From the NCBI GenBank assembly GCA_963805855.1, contig CAWDVW010000002.1:32001-96000 (forward strand): a stretch of 64,000 bases of DNA, read 5' to 3'. Of this stretch, positions 31,460-40,179 are shown one piece after another; the first letter of the stretch is position 1, and each line of letters begins with the position of its first letter. The notes below the pieces were generated by a model. It was not told where the DNA came from. It made no database searches and saw only the letters and a list, made by a program, of their open reading frames with translations. The position numbers were made by a program, and so were the translations under genes. The DNA comes from Candidatus Dadabacteria bacterium (GTDB taxonomy: Bacteria > Desulfobacterota_D > UBA1144 > Nemesobacterales > CSP1-2).

Positions 31460-34400
31460 ATGAAAGACTTGGAAAGTTTAAAACCTGACAAGTTCCCCGA
31501 CATTACTCACCAAAGGCAGCCTACAAGAATTAGGGAAAAACAAATATCAGATACTATGCAAATCGCTCCCCGCATTGAACCAGATGAACCCAAAACTATG
31601 ATAGGTATTTCAGAACATATTACAAGGCTAAAGAAGGCAGTGGAAAAGCTAACTCAAACTCAAGGTCGTCTAACAATATTGAACACCATAATTAAAACTA
31701 TTGGGTCAAACAAGTCAGTTAATCGAGTTGTCAAACTAACCGTTAATAAAACTAGTGAGTATTTCAAAGATCTTCGCGTATCTTATTCAACGATTGGTTA
31801 TAACGGCAAGATGAATCTGATTTATTCTAGAGAGACTCAAGGAATGTCAGTCTCGAACGGTTTAAAGTTAGACCTCTCAATGACACCAGAATATTTAGGC
31901 TTCTTACAGAGACGAGAACTAGTCATTATCGAAGATATTAATGGTGACCAGAGGTCAGCGCCCTACGGCAAAATATTTTCGGCATTTGGTAGCCGCGCAT
32001 TACTTGGCGCTCCGGTCGCAGATACCAATAAAACAATAGGTTTGCTATGTCTTCACTCCAGGAAAGCTCACAGATGGAGCAATCACGAAAAAAAAACCAT
32101 AAAAGACGTAGCCAAATACTTCGGTATTGCCATAAAAATTGCACGTGCAAAAATAACAAATAAAAAGAACGAAAAGAAAATTAAGAAAAACCTAAAGAAA
32201 TTATCCAAAACAACTAGATATGAAACTATTATAAAAACAATAACTCGCAGGGTCCATCAGTCGATAGATTTACGAAAAGTTCTCAATTATGCAGTTGCAG
32301 CAATGAATAAAACTATTGACGGGGCTGAAAGCGTTTCAATTTACCTTGTTGAGGGAAAAGAGGCTGTTTTGAAGGGCTACAGGGGCTATCCTAAATGGGC
32401 GGTTCAGCGTGTAAAGAGGATTCCATATCCCAGAGGATTTACGTGGAAGACAATCATCGAGGGAAAACCCATTTATGTTGATGATGTGGAAAAAGATCAT
32501 ACAATTGGTGCAATAGGAAGAGAAATAGGGACTAAGAGTTATGCATCAATGCCGATTACAGTTAATGGTAAGCCGATTGGTTCCATAAACATTAATTCTT
32601 ATCATAAAAATGCATTCAATGAAGGAGAGCTCCAGCTACTAAAACAGGTATCACGACAAATAGCAGTAGCGATAAAAAATGCCAGTCAGGCAAATAAGCT
32701 TGAAAAAGCAAAATCGGATTTAGAAAAAAGCATTTTAGAACGAACTGAAGACCTGATAAATATGAATAAAGAGTTGGAGAAAGAAATTACTGAGCGTACG
32801 GAAATTGAAAAACGACTGCTCATCACTCATCATGAATTGGAAAAGAGGAATCGATATGAGAAAATTGTTAGAGCTATTACTCAAAGCGTTCATCAATCCT
32901 TAGCCCTCCGAGAAGTGCTTCAAAATGCTGTAGAATCGATTTGTAGTCATATAGACGTGGTAGAACATATTTCAATATTTTTAGTTGATGGGAGTGAAGC
33001 AGTGATGAGGGCTCATAAGGGTCATCCTGATTGGTTTATTGATAGGGTAGCACGCATTCCCTATCCAAAGGGTTTTACGTGGAAAACTATCATTGAGGGA
33101 AAACCAATTTATTGTCCTGATGTTGAAAAAGATACTGTGATTGGCCCAGCTGGTAAGGAAGTCCGAACCAAGAGCTATGCTAGCATGCCATTGTATTGCG
33201 AAGGTAATGCAGTTGGTAGCATAAATGTACATTCCCTTTTTAAAGATGCGTTTGATAGAGAACACCTCAAATTACTTAATGATGTTGCTAAACAAATTGA
33301 GGTAGCAATAAAACATGCCAAGCAGGCGGAAGCAATCAAGGAAAGTAAAGAAAAGTATCTAAAGCTGATTGAGCAATCAAACGATTGGGTATGGGAATTT
33401 GACACAAATGGCTTTTTCACATATGTAAATCCAAAAGTGCGCGAAATAATTGGGTACGAACCAGAAGAATTAATAGGTAAAACAACATTTGATTTTATGT
33501 CTTCGGGGGAAGCAAAACGATTTTCTGATTTGGCAAACCCCTATTTTTCGGAGAAAAAACCATTTAAGCGTCTTGAAAAACAACTGATTCATAAGGATGG
33601 GCATCAAGTTACCCTGGAAGTTAGTGGAACACCTATTTTTGATAGTCAAGGAGATTTCAAAGGCTATTTGGGAGTAGTCCAGGATATTACCGAACGCAGA
33701 AATCAAGAGAAGACGATACACCATTTTGCTATGCATGATTATCTGACCGATCTTCCTAATCGCCGTCTACTTGAACAGGAATTAGCACGATTAACAAATC
33801 GAAATAACTCCAAACAAAATGATGCGTTGGTCATAATAGACTTGGACAACTTTAAAATAATAAACGATACGCTAGGTCATTTTGCTGGAGATCAGCTTTT
33901 GAAGGATCTGTCAAATGCTTTAGCAAGAATTATGCGCCCTAGAGATTTGCTGGCAAGAATGGGTGGTGATGAGTTTGCTATACTTCTCCAGAACGTTTCT
34001 CAGAAAGAGGCTAAGAAAATTGTTGGTAGGTTATTTAAGTCAATAAACAAGTTTGAATTCAATATCAAAGGTTATAATTTGAATCTTAACTGCAGTATGG
34101 GCATTGCCCTCATCGACGGCGAATCAAGCATAGAAGAAATTTTGCAAAATGCTTATTCGGCTCTTTACCAAGCCAAGACCGAGGGGAAAAACCAGATAAT
34201 CCATCATATTACAAGCAAAAACATCATCAAGATTAAGCAGGCTAGCAATTGGAATATCCGCATCAAAGAAGCACTCAAATTTGATCGATATACAATAGAA
34301 TTTCAACCGGTGGTACGGCTGGATACTGAGAATACGGAGTTTTTCGAGGCATTGATCAGGATGAAAGCCAAAAATGGTGAAATTGTATTTCCAAAAGCGT

Positions 34401-34972
34401 TTATTCATGCTGCTGAACGCTATGGCTTAATATCAGAAATTGACCGGTGGATGTTGGAGAAAATAACGCATTTTTTAGGTAACCATCCGAGTACGAATCT
34501 TTCCATAAACCTTTCAGGATCGAGCTTAAGAGATAAGTCGCTTCTTTCATTAATCGAAAGATATATCAAGGAAGGTCGAATATCTGCCGATCAATTAATT
34601 TTCGAAATCACCGAACTCTCCGCTATTAGAGATTTAAATAGCGTCCAAAAATGGATGAATAAATTGCAGATCTTAAATGCCAGATTTGCCCTGGATGACT
34701 TTGGTACTGGCTTCTCATCATTCAAGCACTTGCAGATCCTTCCAGTTGATTTTGTCAAAATAGACGTTTCCTTTATCTCTAAAATCAAAGAAGATCTGTC
34801 ATGCTATGCGATTGTAAACAGTATCGCAGCTGTAGCACATGCTCTTGGTAAAGAAGTTATCGCCGAGGGGGTAGAAAATCAAGAAATTATTAAAAGCCTC
34901 CGGGAGCTTAAAATTGAATTTGGGCAAGGGAAATTCTGGAAGTCAGCGAATCTGGGTTCTCTAACATCATAA
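31460..34972 (+). CDS. GAF-GAF-GAF-PAS-GGDEF-EAL diguanylate cyclase/phosphodiesterase
   Basis: DYLTDLPNR, RPRD I-site, GGDEF, FEALIR, DDFGTG and IAEGVE motifs. Confidence 0.92.
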   Translation: MKDLESLKPDKFPDITHQRQPTRIREKQISDTMQIAPRIEPDEPKTMIGISEHITRLKKAVEKLTQTQGRLTILNTIIKTIGSNKSVNRVVKLTVNKTSEYFKDLRVSYSTIGYNGKMNLIYSRETQGMSVSNGLKLDLSMTPEYLGFLQRRELVIIEDINGDQRSAPYGKIFSAFGSRALLGAPVADTNKTIGLLCLHSRKAHRWSNHEKKTIKDVAKYFGIAIKIARAKITNKKNEKKIKKNLKKLSKTTRYETIIKTITRRVHQSIDLRKVLNYAVAAMNKTIDGAESVSIYLVEGKEAVLKGYRGYPKWAVQRVKRIPYPRGFTWKTIIEGKPIYVDDVEKDHTIGAIGREIGTKSYASMPITVNGKPIGSININSYHKNAFNEGELQLLKQVSRQIAVAIKNASQANKLEKAKSDLEKSILERTEDLINMNKELEKEITERTEIEKRLLITHHELEKRNRYEKIVRAITQSVHQSLALREVLQNAVESICSHIDVVEHISIFLVDGSEAVMRAHKGHPDWFIDRVARIPYPKGFTWKTIIEGKPIYCPDVEKDTVIGPAGKEVRTKSYASMPLYCEGNAVGSINVHSLFKDAFDREHLKLLNDVAKQIEVAIKHAKQAEAIKESKEKYLKLIEQSNDWVWEFDTNGFFTYVNPKVREIIGYEPEELIGKTTFDFMSSGEAKRFSDLANPYFSEKKPFKRLEKQLIHKDGHQVTLEVSGTPIFDSQGDFKGYLGVVQDITERRNQEKTIHHFAMHDYLTDLPNRRLLEQELARLTNRNNSKQNDALVIIDLDNFKIINDTLGHFAGDQLLKDLSNALARIMRPRDLLARMGGDEFAILLQNVSQKEAKKIVGRLFKSINKFEFNIKGYNLNLNCSMGIALIDGESSIEEILQNAYSALYQAKTEGKNQIIHHITSKNIIKIKQASNWNIRIKEALKFDRYTIEFQPVVRLDTENTEFFEALIRMKAKNGEIVFPKAFIHAAERYGLISEIDRWMLEKITHFLGNHPSTNLSINLSGSSLRDKSLLSLIERYIKEGRISADQLIFEITELSAIRDLNSVQKWMNKLQILNARFALDDFGTGFSSFKHLQILPVDFVKIDVSFISKIKEDLSCYAIVNSIAAVAHALGKEVIAEGVENQEIIKSLRELKIEFGQGKFWKSANLGSLTS

Positions 34973-35177
34973 AACCCTTTCCTCTTATCGTCACTAAAAA
35001 AAGCGCGAACATAATCAATAAATGTTGGTGCAATTTATATATAGCTTCGACAGATTGATAATGCAGTTATCTAATTGAAAAGATCAAAACTAATCACATG
35101 CGCTTCGGTGGTTAAAATTCATCGTCTCTTTAATGCCTAAATTGTGCGATGCGTTTCTATCTACTTTTCACTTTTGT

Positions 35178-37076
35178 TCAGCCCCCCAAAACTTGTGAAA
35201 CGACATCTTTAATTTCATCAATCGTAAAAGGCTTTTTTATAAATGAAAACGCGCCTTCTGAAATTAACTTGTCTACATTGTCTGCTTCAGGCGTACCGCT
35301 AATAATAACTGCAACAGAACTGGGATCAAAGATCTTCATCTCTCTTAAGATTTCAATGGCACCTTTTCCATTGATTGTTAAATCTAAAAAAATAATATCA
35401 TAGTGATTCTTCATGATTAGTTCAATTACGACATCACCACTTTTGGCAGTGTCTACGTTATGACCGGAATTTACAAGTGCCTCCCTTATAAGATCACACG
35501 CAAATTCTTCATCATCTACTACAAGTATGTTCCCTTTCCTCCTCGTTCGTACGGCAGTATCCAAATTTGCTTCATCCGATGAACTGATTTCGTCAGAACT
35601 TGAGATTCGTTGGATATTTGGAAGCCATATGGTAAATGTTGTTCCTTTCCCAAGTTCACTGCTTACTTCAATTCTTCCTCCATGCCTCTCGATTATCGAA
35701 TAAACCACAGAAAGACCAAGGCCTGTCCCGGACCTTGAATCATCGCTTTTCTTTGTCGAAAAAAAGGGCTCAAATATTTTCTGTAGATTTTTCTTAGGAA
35801 TGCCAATCCCATTATCTGAGAATTCTATCCTTACATAGTCACCATCAATGTCAGTTTTTATCGCTATCGCCCCGCCTTCGCTCATTGCATCCCTCGAGTT
35901 GAGCGCCATGTTGATGATCACCTGTTGTACCTCCCCCACGTTCATAATAATAGGAGGAACCTTTCCATAATGACGTATTAATTGTATGCCGTCCGATTTA
36001 AAAGTATGTTCGATTAGTTTGATCGCATCTTCGATCACCTCCTCTAAAGACGCAAGCTGCTTTTTGTTATCCCTATTTTTAGAAAACGATAACAGAGTCG
36101 TTACAAGGTCTGACGCTCTCGCTGCAGCCTTTTCCACAACCTTTAAGTCCTCTCTTATACTCTCAATACTTGTCCTTGAAAAGGCAAAGCTTGTATAACC
36201 AATGATCCCGGAAAGAATATTATTAAACTCATGGGCAAGACCCGTTGCAAACTGACCTACCGCGGACATTTTGGCAGATTGAATCACTTGGGCCTCTAAT
36301 TTCCTTTTTTCAGTTATGTCTTCTGTCACTACTGTCAGACCAAACTTCTCACCAGTCTCAGAATCAACCAGAGGTGAGAGAACTATTTCTAGGTACTTGT
36401 CATCAAACTTTATAATATGATTTGTGCTGTATGAATCGTAATGAAGTATCTGAGGAATAACAGTCTTGAAATTGATACCCGCGATGAGATCGTCCAGTCT
36501 CGAGCCAATACAATCCTTCCCAAAAATTTTCAAAGTCTGAGTGTTAGCACTTTTTATTATCAGGTCCATATCGGTTGTCATTACACTCTCATGGGTGCTG
36601 AACAAAATATTGTTAAGTTCTCGAGTTCTATCCCTGATCTTAAGTTCAAGATTGGCATTAATGTCTTGAAGTTCTTTCATCAGACGTCTGTTTTCCTGAA
36701 GTAGTTCATACTTTTCAACAGCATGCTTTATGATGCTTTTTAGTTTATTAAAGTCCAGAGGCTTGGATAAATAATCAAATGCGCCGTGCTTTACAGCCTC
36801 CACGGCGGTTTCCAGGGAGGCATACCCTGTCATGATGATAACAGGTATGTCCGGATCAAACGTACGGATTTTATCGAGAAGATTTATGCCGTTCTTCTCA
36901 GGCATCCGGATATCTGTAAGGACAACGTGAAAGAGATCTTCTCTCAGGAGATTGAGAGCCCTATCACAGTTCAGAGCGGTAATTACTTCATAACCTTCGT
37001 TTGAGAAGATGTCAGAAATAATTTGTAAAATTAATTGTTCGTCATCAACCACTAAAAGTTTTCTTTTCGCCTTCAC
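35178..37076 (-). CDS. Hybrid kinase REC-PAS-HisKA-HATPase-REC
   Basis: VVDDE, LTDIRMP, GLAHEFNN, FEPFFSTK and GTGLGL motifs; second REC domain at the C-terminus. Confidence 0.9.
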   Translation of the reverse strand: MKAKRKLLVVDDEQLILQIISDIFSNEGYEVITALNCDRALNLLREDLFHVVLTDIRMPEKNGINLLDKIRTFDPDIPVIIMTGYASLETAVEAVKHGAFDYLSKPLDFNKLKSIIKHAVEKYELLQENRRLMKELQDINANLELKIRDRTRELNNILFSTHESVMTTDMDLIIKSANTQTLKIFGKDCIGSRLDDLIAGINFKTVIPQILHYDSYSTNHIIKFDDKYLEIVLSPLVDSETGEKFGLTVVTEDITEKRKLEAQVIQSAKMSAVGQFATGLAHEFNNILSGIIGYTSFAFSRTSIESIREDLKVVEKAAARASDLVTTLLSFSKNRDNKKQLASLEEVIEDAIKLIEHTFKSDGIQLIRHYGKVPPIIMNVGEVQQVIINMALNSRDAMSEGGAIAIKTDIDGDYVRIEFSDNGIGIPKKNLQKIFEPFFSTKKSDDSRSGTGLGLSVVYSIIERHGGRIEVSSELGKGTTFTIWLPNIQRISSSDEISSSDEANLDTAVRTRRKGNILVVDDEEFACDLIREALVNSGHNVDTAKSGDVVIELIMKNHYDIIFLDLTINGKGAIEILREMKIFDPSSVAVIISGTPEADNVDKLISEGAFSFIKKPFTIDEIKDVVSQVLGG

Positions 37077-39579
37077 TATCCCTTCCTGAAATCTCCTGAA
37101 TAATGGGCAGTTCTATTATGAAGTTCGTTCCCTTTTCGGTATCACTGTAAATTACAATGTTCCCATTGTGAGCTTCAATTATTTTATAGCTCACTGAGAG
37201 ACCAAGCCCGGACCCAGTGTTTTTTGTGGTAAAGAAGGGGTCAAAAATCTTGGGGAGGTCTTCTTTTTTGATACCAGGCCCATTATCCGCGAAACTTATA
37301 AATACTTTATTTGAGCTTTCTTTTTGAAATCCTGTATTAATCCTGAGTTCACCGCCACCGGGCATCGCTTGAATAGAATTCATTATCACATTAATGAATA
37401 CATGCCATATGTTATTTAGATCAGCCATGATTTTGGGAACCCCGTAATCCAGATTTTTAATGACTTCGATCTTATTATCAACAATCTGTTTTCTGGTTAA
37501 GGTCAAAACTTCATTGATTAAGCTGTTAACATCAACAAGTTCAAAATTCGTCGATCCAGGCTTTGAAAACTTAAGCAAGGCATCTATCAACCTGTTTGTG
37601 CGATCAACCTCGTGCTTAATGTAATCAAGGTATTGTCCAATTAGCGGAGATTTTTCCCGGGTCAAATTTTGTGATAAATAATACCTTGCACCTTCTATGA
37701 TGTTTAAAGGGTTTCGTATTTCATGCGCAATTCCTGCCGCAAGTTGTCCTACAGCAGACATCTTCTCCGCCTGGAGAAGCTGCGCTTGTGTCTCTTGAAG
37801 CTCTCTATTTTTTTCTTCTAACTTGTTTACATAATCCTCGACCAATTTAAAAGCAAATGCGTTTTCAATAGCAATGGCAGTCTGGTTTGCCAGTGTCTTC
37901 AGTAGCTTTAAATCATAGCTTGTATACATCAGTCCGGATTTCTTTTCTCCCAATGAAAGAACACCTACCAGCTCGTCCTTGAAAAAAAGGGGGATAATTA
38001 GTGAAGCCCTCAAAACAGAGAAGGTTTTCTTCAATTCTTCGCCATACATATAATATTTTGGCTCCGCAATCAAATCCTCTTTAAACACTTCTTTTTTCGA
38101 GCTATTTAATAAGAAAACTAACTTGTTATCGCTCTCGATGCTTAAGCCATTTTTCTCCAAATCATCAATCGTAGTAGAATGAATCTTGTAGCCATTTGTG
38201 CTTCGATCGAAAAGTAGAAGGGAGGCTGAGTTGATGAACATGGTTTCTGTAATAGTTTTAATAACTTTATTGGCTATTTCGTCAATATTGAGAATTGACG
38301 TCATGGCGTCGCTAAGATCAGAGATTGTTTTATTGTAGTCATACCTTTTTCTAAAGAAAGCAGTATCTAAAATGCTCTGGATTCGATTTCTGAGTGGATT
38401 AAGTGCTAACACAAGAAAAGCACTTAAGATCAGAAAGAAAGCGGGATTTTTCCAACCGCCATGTTTGGCAAAAGCAATATTGAAACCAAGAACCATAAGA
38501 GCAAAAATTCCTAACACCAATCCCGTCAGGGAGCCATAGACTAGTGTCTTTTGAATGATAACATCTATATCGAAGAGTTTATGCTTTGCGATAGCATAGC
38601 CTATTGAAAGAGGGAAAAATAAGACGAGTATTGCTATGTAGTTAATATTACTAGCTCCATAAAAAACCACTATCAAAGCGGCTAGAGCAGGCAGAAAATA
38701 ACCTAATACTGCACCTATCAACACCACTTGCGCCCTCTGTTTATTCAACTCAGAATCCGGTTTTAAATAACTTACAGTTACAGAAGCCAGCATTGTCAAC
38801 GCCGCGAAAATCAAATAAAACCACATGACTGTATCTACCCTTATCCACATAGTAGGGTTATTAAGATAGATCAGTTGTAAAATGAATAATAAAGATGAAA
38901 ATAAAAAAGGAAGCAATATTATACGCGGATACTTTTTAAATAATTTCTTCTCATTAGGAAAAACTAAGGATAGATAAATCAAAAAAGAAGGGCTAAAAAT
39001 CTGAGCCAGATAGGACATATTCACTGAATATATGAGCGAATAGTTGGTTTGATAATCAAAGTCTTCTATAAACCAAATCCCGATTGAAGAACAAAGCATC
39101 AAGAAGACCTTACTGGAAAGTAAATTCGGTTTTAAAAGATAAACTAAAGCTCCTATTGTAAGAAAAATTAAGCCAGTAACAAATTCTATCCCAAATACTT
39201 GCAAATAATCGCTAATTGTAAACTTCATGGAAGGAAACGTGGCTTCGATGAAATTATTATCTCTTGAAATTAGATAAGTTATTGGGGTACCTATCGGCTT
39301 CTCAGCGACGATATCATAGACCCCATACGAGCTTGATACTTCCCTTCCATCCACCTTTATAATTTGATCGTAAGATTCCAATCCGGATTTTCCACGCTGC
39401 GACCAACTGGGAAGGGTAACCTGACTAACCAATAAGTTATTATAAAGTAAAAAACCGGGGAAAGGCTTCCCAATCGATCTGAATCCCTGAATTAGGCTAT
39501 TGACACTAAGAGCAAGGGATAAACCAATTATTATATACGCTATAACCCTAAATTTATCTCTATAAAAAAAATAACTCAT
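37045..39579 (-). CDS. Membrane sensor kinase: PDZ-like loop, multi-TM, GAF, HisKA, HATPase
   Basis: SGLESYDQIIKVDG (PDZ-like), about 9-10 hydrophobic helices, LANQTAIAIEN (GAF), GIAHEIRNPL and FDPFFTTK. Confidence 0.88.
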   Translation of the reverse strand: MSYFFYRDKFRVIAYIIIGLSLALSVNSLIQGFRSIGKPFPGFLLYNNLLVSQVTLPSWSQRGKSGLESYDQIIKVDGREVSSSYGVYDIVAEKPIGTPITYLISRDNNFIEATFPSMKFTISDYLQVFGIEFVTGLIFLTIGALVYLLKPNLLSSKVFLMLCSSIGIWFIEDFDYQTNYSLIYSVNMSYLAQIFSPSFLIYLSLVFPNEKKLFKKYPRIILLPFLFSSLLFILQLIYLNNPTMWIRVDTVMWFYLIFAALTMLASVTVSYLKPDSELNKQRAQVVLIGAVLGYFLPALAALIVVFYGASNINYIAILVLFFPLSIGYAIAKHKLFDIDVIIQKTLVYGSLTGLVLGIFALMVLGFNIAFAKHGGWKNPAFFLILSAFLVLALNPLRNRIQSILDTAFFRKRYDYNKTISDLSDAMTSILNIDEIANKVIKTITETMFINSASLLLFDRSTNGYKIHSTTIDDLEKNGLSIESDNKLVFLLNSSKKEVFKEDLIAEPKYYMYGEELKKTFSVLRASLIIPLFFKDELVGVLSLGEKKSGLMYTSYDLKLLKTLANQTAIAIENAFAFKLVEDYVNKLEEKNRELQETQAQLLQAEKMSAVGQLAAGIAHEIRNPLNIIEGARYYLSQNLTREKSPLIGQYLDYIKHEVDRTNRLIDALLKFSKPGSTNFELVDVNSLINEVLTLTRKQIVDNKIEVIKNLDYGVPKIMADLNNIWHVFINVIMNSIQAMPGGGELRINTGFQKESSNKVFISFADNGPGIKKEDLPKIFDPFFTTKNTGSGLGLSVSYKIIEAHNGNIVIYSDTEKGTNFIIELPIIQEISGRDSEGEKKTFSG

Positions 39580-39597
39580 TTTAATTCAAAAAGAGCA

Positions 39598-39675
39598 TTA
39601 ATCCCCCTTTTCTACCAGTTTGCCTGCTGGATATTCATCTACAAAGCCGGTTCCCCCAGTTAACATTGCTTTCAT
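39598..39675 (-). pseudogene. 25-codon remnant of an NAD-dependent epimerase/SDR N-terminus
   Basis: Manual translation MKAMLTGGTGFVDEYPAGKLVEKGD* resembles the MKxLVTGGTGFVG...LVEKG start of extended SDRs. Confidence 0.5.
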
Positions 39676-39913
39676 TTCTGCATCGTTTAAGACTTTGCGC
39701 TAGGACTTACATCCTGAAAATTCACATCCTTTCTTTTCAGAAGATCAAACTCTCCTTTAGCTTATTTAAAACCTCTAGTATCATATCTAAACTATATTTA
39801 GCATAGCAAAGATAGGGAAATAGCGAAAATTCCACCAGCCACATGCAGAAACATCTTAAGAAATTCAATTAGTATCATCGCCTTAGCTTTCTCATTAATT
39901 ATTATGCTTTCTA

Positions 39914-39998
39914 CTTCGGCGACCCGATTAACATCGATTATTTGATCCCTGAGGTGTTAGGCATTGGTCCCCATCCTTTCGAGTAACTCACCGTTTCG
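39914..39998 (-). promoter_or_regulatory. Divergent GEMM-I (c-di-GMP-I / cGAMP) riboswitch-like element
   Basis: RNA CGAAACGGUGAGUUACUC-GAAA-GGAUGGGGAC-CAAUGCC...GAUGUUAAUCGGGUCGCCGAAG follows the GEMM-I order (GGyAAAC..GAAA..GGGACGCAAAGCC..AUGRYAGCCGGGUUGCCGAA), with several deviations. Confidence 0.5.
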
Positions 39999-40179
39999 GT
40001 GGTACGAAATGTACCTCAAAAACTATTGTTTAACGACTAAATAATAATCCAATTTTCGTGACATGAAGAACCCCCGTAGCAAGCTGCAGGGAATTCGCTA
40101 GTTAAATAAGATAAGCTCAATAAATTCATTAATAACGCTAACATAATTCATCAAGAAGACCGGGCAAGAATGTTTTCAT

